A DNA stretch of 45,233 nucleotides from Elainellaceae cyanobacterium. Its GTDB lineage: Bacteria > Cyanobacteriota > Cyanobacteriia > CAZCXK01. The notes beneath the pieces were generated by a model, which had not been told where the DNA came from, made no database searches, and saw only the letters and a list, made by a program, of their open reading frames with translations. The stretch covers positions 1 to 45,233 of the forward strand of contig JBNPEG010000001.1 in assembly GCA_051117555.1 (NCBI GenBank). Reading direction: 5' to 3'. Positions 27,040 to 37,468 of the stretch are shown in pieces (the stretch's first letter is position 1; each line of letters opens with the position of its first letter). The translations under genes were made by a program, and so were the position numbers.

Positions 27040-29268
27040 TTATTCTGATAATCGAGCCTGTCGAGTATCGAAAAGGAACCGAATTTCATCCAGCACCTTA
27101 TCCAGATCTAATGGCTTACTAAAGTAAGCATCAGCCCCGGCTTCAAGACAGCGATGGCGATCGCCTGCCATCGCCATCGCAGTGAGCGCAATCACCGGAA
27201 CATCCTGCCAAAGTTTATGGGCTTTTAGTTGTTTCAAGAGCTGAAAGCCATCAACACCCGGCAATTGAATATCCATCAAAATCAAATCCGGCAACGTCTG
27301 TTGAGTAACGAACTCCGAGTGAATCGTCTCAGACATCGTTGCTCCCTCAATGATGATTTCGACATGATATCCTTCAGATTCTAAAAACTCCGAAATCAAT
27401 ACCTGGTTATAAGGCTGATCTTCAACGACTAAAATGCGCTGAACTCCGGGTCTGGAAACATAGTCAGGGCGTCGTGACGCGGCAAAGTCTTCAAAGTCGG
27501 ATTGAGGCTCTACACGCTCTGACAACTCCTGCTTAAGCTCAGTCAAGGGTAGCCAGATACGAAACTTACTACCCTGCCCTTCAGTCGATTGAAACGACAC
27601 CGTCCCCCCGTGCAACTCTGCCAATCGCTTGGTTAGTGCTAATCCTAAACCTGTTCCGTCGTGACGGCGATTTAATGATGCATCAATCTGCTGAAATGGC
27701 TGAAACAAAAGATGCTGTTTATTTTGAGAGACTCCAATTCCTGAATCAGCAACCTCTAAAAGTAAATAGGGTGTACTCGAATTAACCGGACTTTGGTCAG
27801 GGCGGATGTCGTGTAACAACTGTTCTCCATACGCTAACTTGCCGGAAAGTTTAATCACACCTCTCTCAGGGGTGAATTTCACCGCGTTTGACAGTAAATT
27901 GACGATCATTTGTCGAACCCGACGTTCGTCCAAGATGACCTGTTCGAGAGGATAATCTAGCTCTAAGGTAAGATCGAGGCGCTTTTTATCGGCGGTTGGC
28001 TGAATCATGCGCAGGCAATCGCGGCAAAGGCTCGTGATACAAACCTGCCTCAGGTCAAGCTCGACTTTACCCGCTTCAACTTTAGACAGATCGAGAATCT
28101 CATTAATCAGTTGTAGGAGATGATGACCACTGCGTTCGATGGCTTGCACATGTCGAATCTGGCGATCGCCCAGTTGATGGGAGACTTGCCGCTGGAGCAA
28201 ATCTGCGAATCCAAGAATGCTGTTGAGCGGCGTTCTGAGTTCGTGGGACATCGATGCCAAGAATTCTGACTTGAGTCGGGATGCCTGCTCCAAATCTTTA
28301 TTAATGCTCCAAAGCCGAGCTTCCGATCGGGCCCGCTCGATCGCCGCCCCCAGCGTGCGACAAGCCGCCAGCAGCATATCCTGCTGGGGAGCATCTTGAA
28401 GCTTGCGAAGATTTCGAGATTCTAATGTTAAAACGCCGATAATCGTGCCATCGGCGGCAGGGATTGGGAAAATACCAAGTTGCCCAATTCCAGGATATCT
28501 AAAGCCCTGAAATGCTCTGGGATGATTGGCATAATCTTCAACAAAGATTGGCTTGCCCGTTTCAACGACATCCCAGAGCAGACCCTGCCCGTATGGAATG
28601 CCCTTCCATAAGTAGCCTTCCATTTCTTGGACAGCAGGTTCTCCATAGGTGGCAATAAATTCGCTGGCAATTTGGTTGGTAATGGGTGCTGCATGGCGAT
28701 CGTATCCGGTGCCTCGAATTACCTTAACATCACCAAAAGCCGCATCCATCGCTTGCACGAGATACGAGAGTGCAAATTTGCCAATTTCTCGCATGCCCTC
28801 GGAAGTTTGGAGTCGTTCGGTGAGCCCCAATAAAAAGGTGAGCCGACGCACCTCGGCATTGAGATCAGCCTGAGCCTTTCGTTGGATGGTCACATCCCGA
28901 AAGTTAAAGAGTCGCCCTCCCTCTGAAGTGGCGCTGGCATAGACCTCTAGACACATCCCATTGGGCTGCGTTAATGAAAAGGACGTTCCAATTTGACGGG
29001 TTTGTGCAAACGCTTGTTCAACCGTGTGTTGCTGGTCGCTCGTCCAGCATCCTTGGCAAGCAATCTCAGAAAACACATCACCGTAGCGCGGTTGTTGAAC
29101 CAGCCAACTCGGAATTAAGCCCCACATTTGGGTGAGTTTTTGATTAAACAAGATTAAGCGACCGTCGCGATCAAACAGAGCGATCGCATTATCAACCTGA
29201 TCTAGAATCAGCGCCTGCTCGGCTTGGAGTCGCTGTAAACGTAAATCAATTTCTTCGGCAGAGATCAT
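27040..29268 (-). CDS. Hybrid sensor histidine kinase (PAS-GAF-HisKA-HATPase-REC); start uncertain
   Basis: SHELRTPLN, NLLSNAVKFT, DSGIG, GTGLGL, LMDIQLP; ATG 29268 is more plausible than 29535. Confidence 0.9.
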   Translation of the reverse strand: MISAEEIDLRLQRLQAEQALILDQVDNAIALFDRDGRLILFNQKLTQMWGLIPSWLVQQPRYGDVFSEIACQGCWTSDQQHTVEQAFAQTRQIGTSFSLTQPNGMCLEVYASATSEGGRLFNFRDVTIQRKAQADLNAEVRRLTFLLGLTERLQTSEGMREIGKFALSYLVQAMDAAFGDVKVIRGTGYDRHAAPITNQIASEFIATYGEPAVQEMEGYLWKGIPYGQGLLWDVVETGKPIFVEDYANHPRAFQGFRYPGIGQLGIFPIPAADGTIIGVLTLESRNLRKLQDAPQQDMLLAACRTLGAAIERARSEARLWSINKDLEQASRLKSEFLASMSHELRTPLNSILGFADLLQRQVSHQLGDRQIRHVQAIERSGHHLLQLINEILDLSKVEAGKVELDLRQVCITSLCRDCLRMIQPTADKKRLDLTLELDYPLEQVILDERRVRQMIVNLLSNAVKFTPERGVIKLSGKLAYGEQLLHDIRPDQSPVNSSTPYLLLEVADSGIGVSQNKQHLLFQPFQQIDASLNRRHDGTGLGLALTKRLAELHGGTVSFQSTEGQGSKFRIWLPLTELKQELSERVEPQSDFEDFAASRRPDYVSRPGVQRILVVEDQPYNQVLISEFLESEGYHVEIIIEGATMSETIHSEFVTQQTLPDLILMDIQLPGVDGFQLLKQLKAHKLWQDVPVIALTAMAMAGDRHRCLEAGADAYFSKPLDLDKVLDEIRFLFDTRQARLSE

Positions 29269-29571
29269 AATTCTGGGGCGAGCGGCGGATGACGAATCTC
29301 GATGGAGGTAGACTAAACAAGCACCCGGCAGACTGCACTGTCTCGATGTAATACACACATATCTTAACATCTTATTGTCTTTGGAAAGGATGAATGTCAA
29401 GACTGCGACAATCGGCTGAGGGTACGAGGATGGTTGTTGTTCTGTGTGGCCTTGGCGACTAAAATCTTCTTGACAGGATCGGCGTGCTGTGATCAGCCAG
29501 CCACCCAATCCTTTTCTAAGAGTGCGATCGCCCATTAAGCTATTTAAACGCGAGCAGACATCGTAAAAAAC

Positions 29572-29587
29572 TGTATTCTATAATACA
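29572..29587. promoter_or_regulatory. Putative NtcA box upstream of the hybrid kinase
   Basis: TGTA-TTCTATAA-TACA. Confidence 0.5.
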
Positions 29588-29910
29588 AATAGAGTTCGTT
29601 ACAGAGGTGTACCGTCAGTCTCGATTTGCCATAAATTGGCATGAAAGCACTTCAAATAGGGCACCTCAAATGAAATCTCTATCACCTGGCTGCACCTGAT
29701 AATGAGAGCCAGGGATGATAGCCACTAGCAGACGCTAACATTTGTATTTCGTCAGGCACTTCCTGCAGCGATGCAGGTCTGTGCAGATTGAATCAGTTTC
29801 GTGGGAGTCAGTTGCGACAAGGCTCTGAGCAGCCTTGAGCCGCGATAGGACGACCCGGTGCTTGCATCGGGTCTTTTCTTTGCATGGGTGTCGGTTTTGG
29901 GGTCAGGCTA

Positions 29911-30762
29911 TTACAGCATCTTGCGGCGCAAGAAGGTCGTTAGGGTGGCAGATACCTTCTCATGCCAGTCCTCTTGCGCATAGTGACCGACCTCTTCTAG
30001 GCGAACCAACTCTGAATCTGGGAGCGCTTTGGCGAAGTCTTCCGCCATGCTCAGCGGCAGCCACGGGTCGGCAATTCCCCAGACAAGGAGAGTGGGCTGC
30101 TTCCAGTCCGTAAACCCGTTCTGAATATCTGCCATCGTCTGCTGGAGCTGTAACCGCCTCACCAACACAAACAAAGCACGCCCTGCATCAGAACTTTTGA
30201 GAAACGGGCGGCGATAGACATCTAAATCGTCATCATCGATTTGATAGGGCCCACCGCCTTCCAAGGTGCGGTCAACCAATAACGGATCTTGGGTCAGCAT
30301 TTCGCCCACCAGAGGAATTCCAAGCTGTTTAATTTTCCACGGCAGCTTGGCATCAGTCGATATGGGGGTGTTAATGATCACCAGTCGTTCAATCTGGTCA
30401 GCATGACGACTTGCATACTGTAATCCAACCGAGCCTAGAAAACCCTGCACAACCAGCGAAAAGCGTGAAATTTCGAGGGCTTCTAAAAAGTCAGCCAGAG
30501 CCTGACGATACGCATCGGGCGTGTATGCAAATTTTCGTTTATCAGGCTTATCGGAAAACCCTAACCCTAGCCAGTCGGGGGCGATCGCCACAAATCCTTG
30601 ATCGGATAAGGCTGAGAGCACATGTCGCCAACTGTAACTCTGGGATGGCAGCCCGTGCAGACAGATCACGGGAGGTTTATCAGACGGATTAATTGGCTCA
30701 GCTTTCCGGTAAAACCACTGGAATGATCCCACATCAATGAAGTGTTCTGTGGCTCTTACCAT
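29911..30762 (-). CDS. Alpha/beta hydrolase (haloalkane-dehalogenase-like)
   Basis: LHGLPSQSYSWR, APDW.G.G.SDKP, GHYAQED. Confidence 0.9.
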   Translation of the reverse strand: MVRATEHFIDVGSFQWFYRKAEPINPSDKPPVICLHGLPSQSYSWRHVLSALSDQGFVAIAPDWLGLGFSDKPDKRKFAYTPDAYRQALADFLEALEISRFSLVVQGFLGSVGLQYASRHADQIERLVIINTPISTDAKLPWKIKQLGIPLVGEMLTQDPLLVDRTLEGGGPYQIDDDDLDVYRRPFLKSSDAGRALFVLVRRLQLQQTMADIQNGFTDWKQPTLLVWGIADPWLPLSMAEDFAKALPDSELVRLEEVGHYAQEDWHEKVSATLTTFLRRKML

Positions 30763-30871
30763 GCCGTTCTCCCCGTACTGTTGCGAATATCGTTAATTAA
30801 GCGGATATCCTACCTTGGTTTGGGGATCACCTCAAGCGAATTCTCAGCATACCCTGTTTAAATCGTTGACG

Positions 30872-31858
30872 TTAGGCATCACAGTCCCGGTCTTCCACCG
30901 CGCCATTTGGCATAGTGGTATTACAAAGGATTGTAAACGTCAGATCGACACCATTCAGATTTGCCCCGGTCAAATCCGCTTTGCGGAGATTTGCGCCTTC
31001 AAGATTGGCACCCCGAAGATTCGCGTTTCTTAAGACAGCACGGGGTAACGTGGCTCCCCGCAGATCAACCTGGACTAAACTCGAATTGCTGAGGTTGGCA
31101 TCTCGCAGATAGGCTCGAAACAGGCTGGCCTTAAACAGATCAACCTCAGATAAATCAACATCGTTGAGGGTCGTATCCGCCAAATTAGTGCGTCTGAGAT
31201 TGGCAGAGCGAAGGGTTGCCCGGCGCAAATCTGCCCGGCGCAAATCTGCCCCTTTAAGATTTGCATAGCTGAGATCTGTATCGACCAGATTGGCGCGAGT
31301 AAGTTTTGAATTTCTTAAATCAGCCCCTCTCAAATTTGATTCTGCAAAATCAACTCGGCGGAGGTCAGTATCTCTCAAATTTGCATCTTGCAAATCAGAC
31401 CGATTGAGAACTGCGTCATCGAGACTGGCGCGATTGAGAACTGCCTTTGTAAGTGAGGCATCTCCGATGTAAGCTCGACGCAGATCAGCTTGATTAAGTT
31501 TTGCTTTATTTAGAGAAGCGCCGCTGAGAACTGCCTGGGTTAGATTGGCGCCACTGAGATTCACCTCTGACAGAGAGGTGCCGCTTAGGACAGCGTCGCT
31601 AAAATTTACACCTCCCAAATCTGAACCGCTTAGGTCGGCGTTTCTCAAGCTGACATTTTGAAGGTTGGCGTCTTCTAGATCGGCATTCTTTAAGTTGATC
31701 CCGTCTAGGTCACACCGAGCGCAAGCGCCTGTTTGTAGCAGACGATTGACTCGCTCAGACTTGGCAGCCTGACTAGAGATTGCCATTCCTAAGATGGCAA
31801 CAAGAGCACTGAAGAATACCGCTAGAATCAAAAACGCTCTTAAATCTCGTTTGTCCAT
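30872..31858 (-). CDS. Pentapeptide-repeat protein with N-terminal signal/TM segment
   Basis: A(D/N)Lxx repeats; C..CDL cap; LCNTTMPNG end. Confidence 0.92.
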   Translation of the reverse strand: MDKRDLRAFLILAVFFSALVAILGMAISSQAAKSERVNRLLQTGACARCDLDGINLKNADLEDANLQNVSLRNADLSGSDLGGVNFSDAVLSGTSLSEVNLSGANLTQAVLSGASLNKAKLNQADLRRAYIGDASLTKAVLNRASLDDAVLNRSDLQDANLRDTDLRRVDFAESNLRGADLRNSKLTRANLVDTDLSYANLKGADLRRADLRRATLRSANLRRTNLADTTLNDVDLSEVDLFKASLFRAYLRDANLSNSSLVQVDLRGATLPRAVLRNANLRGANLEGANLRKADLTGANLNGVDLTFTILCNTTMPNGAVEDRDCDA

Positions 31859-31959
31859 ATGCCTTTGCTGTGAGCCTGCTCCAAGTGTATCGCCCTCGCC
31901 CTAGTTTGCAGGAGTTGGAGACACAAAAAACATCATGCTCTCGCTCACAGCCCAACCAT

Positions 31960-33291
31960 TCATGGAGTTAGAACGTGATTGCGACTGGGGTTTCCTAGCT
32001 GAGTCTGCTCACCCGATGCAATATTCGGAGTAATGGCCTCAGACAATGCCGTGGGAATGCTCCATCCGGCAGATAGAGCATTGAGGAGACTGTCTTGTTC
32101 GCCTCGCAACTGGTCAAGATCGGGGCCGCGATTGAGAATGGCAAACCACACCAGGTCGCGATCGCCCGTTGGGATCACCCCCGCTAAGGAGCTAACAACA
32201 GCCAGCGTCCCGGTTTTGACTGCCGAATGTGCGGGCAGATTTCGTCCTTTGAGGGTGCCAATATCTCGGCCCACCACCGGAAATAAATCAGCCACGTCTA
32301 AGTCGCTAGACTGCAAATATCCCTGAATGGTCATGAGCATGGCGCATACCGCACGAGCCGATAGTTGATTGTCTTCTCCGAGCCCCGATCCGTTGACGAG
32401 CTGAATCTCTGCTGCGGGCACGCCAGAGAGTTCTGCTGCGTGTCGAGATAGTTCAGCCGCGCCACCCACGGCATCGGCAAGCATTTCAGCCATGGCATTA
32501 TTGCTGTAGACATTCATGCGTTTGAGGATTTGCGCTAGAGGCAGCGATTGATGGCGAATCAGGGGCGCTGTTTGGGGCGTTGTTTCAGAACTGCCGTCTT
32601 CAGCGGCGATCGCCCGCACTGCCCCGGTAATCACAATCCTGGGCTGGGGCGTTCCGGCAGGCATCGTCTCATATTGCGTCAGTGCTTCCGATGACCACAT
32701 CTCCGAGTTGAGGGCTTGTCGCAACAAGCGTCCTGCCGTCCGTGGGTCCGATTCAAAGTTCATGGCAAAATTGCCCGTGATCACGAGATCGCCATTCACG
32801 ACTTCGATTCCCGCGTGGTTCAGGGCATTCCCCAAGGCGATCGCCTCTTCCCAAACAAAAAACGGATCTCCTCCGCCTCGAATCACCAGGTCGCCTGATA
32901 AAACGCCATTTTCGATTGATCCGGTGATATCAACCTGCGTCTCAAATTGATGATCAGCGCCCCATGTGGACAGCGCAACGAGTGTTGTGGCGATTTTGGT
33001 GAGTGATGCTGCTGGCAGTGGAGTCGTGCCCTCGTGAGCACCTAAAACGTTGCGCCCGGACTGAATCCAGATGCTTTGCTGAGCCTCTCCGAGCCCTGCA
33101 TTCGTCAAATTGTCTAGATGGTTTTGAATGGCGGCGATCGCCACCGGGTCAGACACAAATTGGGGCTGTAACAGAGCATCTGGGCTTGTCGAGTCAACCC
33201 ATTTCGATAGCTCAGTCGTCCGCAAGGTTTCTGCGTGAGATGGCTGTTCAACCCATAGCGAAAGCAACCACGAGCTAAGAAGCTCTAGCAC
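31960..33291 (-). CDS. dacB: D-alanyl-D-alanine carboxypeptidase/endopeptidase (peptidase S13)
   Basis: PAASLTK, GGGDP, SNN, NGSGL, KTGTL. Confidence 0.88.
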   Translation of the reverse strand: MLELLSSWLLSLWVEQPSHAETLRTTELSKWVDSTSPDALLQPQFVSDPVAIAAIQNHLDNLTNAGLGEAQQSIWIQSGRNVLGAHEGTTPLPAASLTKIATTLVALSTWGADHQFETQVDITGSIENGVLSGDLVIRGGGDPFFVWEEAIALGNALNHAGIEVVNGDLVITGNFAMNFESDPRTAGRLLRQALNSEMWSSEALTQYETMPAGTPQPRIVITGAVRAIAAEDGSSETTPQTAPLIRHQSLPLAQILKRMNVYSNNAMAEMLADAVGGAAELSRHAAELSGVPAAEIQLVNGSGLGEDNQLSARAVCAMLMTIQGYLQSSDLDVADLFPVVGRDIGTLKGRNLPAHSAVKTGTLAVVSSLAGVIPTGDRDLVWFAILNRGPDLDQLRGEQDSLLNALSAGWSIPTALSEAITPNIASGEQTQLGNPSRNHVLTP

Positions 33292-33394
33292 GATTCAATG
33301 TCCTCCAAGATGGTTCATGATGTTCAACAATTAGAATAGTGACAGACAGAAATTATGCTGAGTTTATTTGTATTCTCTATCTGCGCGAAACGTT

Positions 33395-34072
33395 GTGGCT
33401 AAACCGGATCAAAATAATGTTTTACGGCGATTACCTATTGTAGTGGGTGGTTTGGCAGGGGTGTTGTTGATGGTCAACCGCCTGCTCACTCCTAATTTAA
33501 CTGAGTCTCAAGCTCGTTCCGATGCCGTTGGCGTTATTATTAGCGCGGTGCTGATTTTAACGGGGCTCTTGTGGGAGCGAATTCAGCCTAAGGCTCCCGA
33601 TACGGTTGACCTCATTGGGGATGCCGGGTTCGAACTCGCAGATGATTTACCTGACCCGGTGCAAACTGAACTCGCATGGTCATCGCATCTGTTGCTGACG
33701 AATACGGTGACGCGATCGCTCATTGTTTGGTATCAAGGGCGAGTGCTGTTGCGTCGAGGCATTCTCAGCCCAAAATCAGACGTGCAGCCCGGCGCAATTT
33801 TGAAGCGGGCGATCGAAATGCAAAAGCCCGTTTATTTAGTCAATCTCAGCCTCTATCCCGGACGGGTCGAGTTTGACTATCTCCCCGAAAATACTCAGGG
33901 TCTGATTTGTCAGCCAATTGGCGATCGCGGCGCGCTTATCCTGGGGGCAAACGCACCCCGCAGCTACACCAAACAAGATGAAAACTGGGTGGCGGGCATT
34001 GCAGATAAACTCGATGATACGCTAAACCGCTATTGTGCTGACTCACGAGCTGACTCCCGAATTGAAGCATGA
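33395..34072 (+). CDS. Cofactor assembly of complex C subunit B (CCB2/CCB4 family)
   Basis: SQARSD, ELAW.S.LLLTNT, L.LYPGR.EFDYLP.N.Q. Confidence 0.8.
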   Translation: MAKPDQNNVLRRLPIVVGGLAGVLLMVNRLLTPNLTESQARSDAVGVIISAVLILTGLLWERIQPKAPDTVDLIGDAGFELADDLPDPVQTELAWSSHLLLTNTVTRSLIVWYQGRVLLRRGILSPKSDVQPGAILKRAIEMQKPVYLVNLSLYPGRVEFDYLPENTQGLICQPIGDRGALILGANAPRSYTKQDENWVAGIADKLDDTLNRYCADSRADSRIEA

Positions 34073-34079
34073 GGGGGGC

Positions 34080-36068
34080 TCATCGCTTAGAGTCGGCAGG
34101 AGGAAGCGGAACAGCCGTTCCCGGGCCAACCTGTGAGTCGGTTTTCTTGCCTGTGCTACGAATGTCAATCACTTTGCCCAAAATGCCATACCAGAAGGAT
34201 GCTCCCATCGAAATCGCAATCCCGCTAATTAACCATCCCAAGGCATATCGAAATCGACTGCCCCAGACTCCAAATCGTGTTTCCCAGGGCTGAATCGCAG
34301 TGCGTTGATTATTGCGGTTAGACTCTCCCCACCCAATCGGTAAAGGAATCTGTGAACTTGCCTGTTCGATCTCAGTCGTCAGCGCACTTAAATTTTCTTC
34401 CCGCTCTGCAAACGAACTGGCAGATTGAGAAATGGCATCTCTGAGCGGCTGATCATTGGCGAGCCGTTGGACGATGTGCAGTGTATCGGCATTGATCATC
34501 ACCGCAACAATAATTCCGATTAAAAGCGCAACGAGACGGGCATTTCGTTTATAGACCCCGGAGGCGCGATCCATCGAGCGGTTAAACCACTTTGCCGTTT
34601 CATCTTGAAGCCGCTCTAGTTCGTCTTTAACATCTTCAAGTTTGTTTTGAGCTTGTTGAGCAAGAGAGGTAAGGTTTTGCTCTAACGACTCAGGCAGGTT
34701 ATTTTTTACAATTTCAGATACCTGCATGACTTTAGTCTCTAGCAACTCAAATTCTTCAGAATTTTGGATTGCTTTAGAGGCTGCTAAAAACGTCAATCCT
34801 TTCCGAATATTTTGTCTGGTGATTTTATCAATTTTTTGAGGGTCTTCATCATTTCGTTGAGGGTCTTCATCCGTGGTTTCGGTAAGTCCGGCAAGCTCTT
34901 CAAATTTGCCACGAGTACTAAAATCGTCTTGGAGCTGGTTGTAGAATGCCGTTTCCCAAGCCTCAGAACCCGGCTGGTCTGCTATTTGGATGAAACGCTG
35001 ATAGCTGGGATGCTGCCAAATTTTGTTAATCAGATAACATGTTTTGATGATGCCAATTGTCTCTGAAATGCTGATTTGGAGACGACGCTTTAAAAATGTC
35101 TTTTCAGTAGTATCAAGAGTTTGATTTTGCTGATTCGAATTTGGGCTGTCGGACGGACTTTCGCCAAATAAATCATCTCTCAACGCGGTCAAATCACCAA
35201 TTTTGTCGCTAAGTTCTGAATTACCTCTTGATGTACGAGCCACATAGTTATTGACACTATCGCTGATTCTATCGACTGCAACTGCGAGCGGAATTTCGTT
35301 GTTTTTATAATCTTGAATAATTTGGCGGAGATTACGCTTCAGGCGATTAAAATCCCGCATCACTGATAAATTATCTTCCGGCAGAGGATAGCCAATTACA
35401 TCATCATCCTCATTTAAATTAGTTAGTTCATTGAGTTGATCAAAACTAGCATTGTGAGAAGACTGCGGTTCATTTGGATTCTCCGACGTCTCTGAATCTT
35501 CCGAAGATGCTATGCCTGAAACATCGGCAATTTTATCTTGAATAATAACTGCGATCGCCTGCAGAAGTTCTCGTTGAACAAACAGTTGCAGCTTCAAGGC
35601 AGTGATTCGCAGGGCGAATTGAGAAATTCCGATCGTTTCTAGAAAACTTGTGGAAAGAGTTTTGAAGTCAATATAAGAGGGGCCGCTAAACTTATCTTTT
35701 CCAAATAAAAATTGAGGCTCGGATTTGCCCGAAATTTTATGCAGAATTCGAATACTTTGTCGGTATAAACTCCCAAAGAATCGGTTGAAATAACGGGGTA
35801 TGCGAGCCAAATTGCCTTTTGCCTCTTGATTGAGAACCTCAATTAGGGGATGGGCATATAAGGCATTGGCCAAGTCTCGAATTTGGGCTAATTCTTTACT
35901 ATCACGACTGTCTCCGGCCAAAATGCCTTCGATGGATTCTTTGAAGTGAACTGCTCTCCATTGCAACAGTGTCGTGATCAATTCTTGAATCTCGGATGCC
36001 AGGAGGCTCAAGGTGAGATAGATAAAAATAATGCCAATGACGATGTCGAAAATAAAGGGCAAATTCAT
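34080..36068 (-). CDS. Large hypothetical membrane protein
   Basis: N-terminal TM (IFIYLTLSLLASEIQE…QWRA); C-terminal WF..SMDRASGVYKRN and GASFW. Confidence 0.85.
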   Translation of the reverse strand: MNLPFIFDIVIGIIFIYLTLSLLASEIQELITTLLQWRAVHFKESIEGILAGDSRDSKELAQIRDLANALYAHPLIEVLNQEAKGNLARIPRYFNRFFGSLYRQSIRILHKISGKSEPQFLFGKDKFSGPSYIDFKTLSTSFLETIGISQFALRITALKLQLFVQRELLQAIAVIIQDKIADVSGIASSEDSETSENPNEPQSSHNASFDQLNELTNLNEDDDVIGYPLPEDNLSVMRDFNRLKRNLRQIIQDYKNNEIPLAVAVDRISDSVNNYVARTSRGNSELSDKIGDLTALRDDLFGESPSDSPNSNQQNQTLDTTEKTFLKRRLQISISETIGIIKTCYLINKIWQHPSYQRFIQIADQPGSEAWETAFYNQLQDDFSTRGKFEELAGLTETTDEDPQRNDEDPQKIDKITRQNIRKGLTFLAASKAIQNSEEFELLETKVMQVSEIVKNNLPESLEQNLTSLAQQAQNKLEDVKDELERLQDETAKWFNRSMDRASGVYKRNARLVALLIGIIVAVMINADTLHIVQRLANDQPLRDAISQSASSFAEREENLSALTTEIEQASSQIPLPIGWGESNRNNQRTAIQPWETRFGVWGSRFRYALGWLISGIAISMGASFWYGILGKVIDIRSTGKKTDSQVGPGTAVPLPPADSKR

Positions 36069-36099
36069 AGGTGATGTGCACTAAATTGAAGAACAGAAA

Positions 36100-36193
36100 C
36101 TATAGCCCTACGGGCTTAGGGTTGTGTGGTGAGCCCCCGCGCTGCGGGGGCTCACCACACGTTCAACGTCCTAACGTGAGAGCGTACAGCTAT
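36100..36193. mobile_element. MITE (CTATAGCCCTACG…CGTACAGCTAT) with central GC hairpin
   Basis: Inverted-orientation homolog at 38864-39100; end fragment at ~12519-12538. Confidence 0.75.
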
Positions 36194-36348
36194 TCACTAT
36201 GACCCGTAATATGAACGGACGCTGGAAATACAACATCCTGCTAGTGGGTGACCGGCAATCATGCCATCCGAATTAATTACCACGGTTTGGAGACATCTTG
36301 AGAGTGATGCAATTACTTTTAACGAAGAGAATCTGTATATCCGTTCGT

Positions 36349-37383
36349 TTAGCAGTCATCGTCTTCGAGGAGGGCATTCAGCGCGGCACTGATTTCATCG
36401 GTGGTGGTGGTGGCAGTGCCAAACTGACGCACAACAATGCTGGCTGCCAAATTTCCTAACACGGCTGCTTCCCAAGGCGTTGCGCCCACGACTAATGCCA
36501 ATGTCAACGCGGCTACAACCGTGTCTCCTGCACCTGTTACGTCAAAAACATCGGTGCGATTGAAGGCAGGAATATGAGACACCGCGCCCGATTGCTCGAA
36601 GAGGCTCATGCCGTCTTCACCCCGAGTGATGAGGATGTAGTCTGCCTGAGTCAGGTTCAAGAGGTCTTGTCCGGCGCGGTGAAGGTCGTCAGCAGTGGCG
36701 ATCGCATATCCGACTGCCTCCTCTGCCTCAGGAAGATTGGGCGTAAAGAGGGTTGCCCCGGTATAGCGCTGCAAGTTTTTTTGAGCATCAACAATCACGT
36801 TAGACTGCGACAGCGCGGCTTTAATCACCGGGGGTGTCAGCACGCCGTCTCCATAGTCAGAACAGACGATGCTATCGACGTCTACCGCGTGCTGATGAAT
36901 GTAGTTGGCAAGCTGATGTTGTAACTCTAAGCTTGGTACGTTATCAGACTTGCGATCAACTCGGACAATCTGCTGAGTGACAGACTGACGCGCGTGCCCA
37001 GAGATGCGGGTTTTGGTCACGGTCGGGCGATCGGGATCGAGCAGAATACCACGCGTATCGATACTGGAGGCTTCAAAAATTCGCCGCAGAGCGTGTCCTT
37101 GATCATCCTTGCCGACTAGCCCAACGGCTTTCACCCGTGCGCCCAGCGTGGCTAGGTTGTAAACCGCATTTGCGCCTCCTCCCGGAACTTGCTGAGTGGT
37201 TTCGTGGCGCAAAATTAGAACCGGTGCTTCCCGCGATAGCCGCTCAACCTGACCCGTTAGAAATTCATCGAGAGTTAAATCTCCAATAACCAAGATGCGA
37301 GCCTCTGAAAAGCGATCGAGGAGGGCCACCAATCGAGTTTTGGATGCGTGAAGTCGAGTATTGAAAGCAGAGTCTAGACCCAT
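36349..37383 (-). CDS. PfkB-family D-glycero-D-manno-heptose-7-phosphate kinase (RfaE/HldA domain I)
   Basis: GD..LDEF..G.VER.SREAPV, GG.AN, SDYG.G, DVTGAGDT. Confidence 0.88.
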   Translation of the reverse strand: MGLDSAFNTRLHASKTRLVALLDRFSEARILVIGDLTLDEFLTGQVERLSREAPVLILRHETTQQVPGGGANAVYNLATLGARVKAVGLVGKDDQGHALRRIFEASSIDTRGILLDPDRPTVTKTRISGHARQSVTQQIVRVDRKSDNVPSLELQHQLANYIHQHAVDVDSIVCSDYGDGVLTPPVIKAALSQSNVIVDAQKNLQRYTGATLFTPNLPEAEEAVGYAIATADDLHRAGQDLLNLTQADYILITRGEDGMSLFEQSGAVSHIPAFNRTDVFDVTGAGDTVVAALTLALVVGATPWEAAVLGNLAASIVVRQFGTATTTTDEISAALNALLEDDDC

Positions 37384-37468
37384 GAGCAGCGAAACTACCG
37401 CCGAAATCAACCCCCATATTCTCGCTCAATGAGGCATCGATTTGACGGAAAGTTTGATGTCGGCTGAA

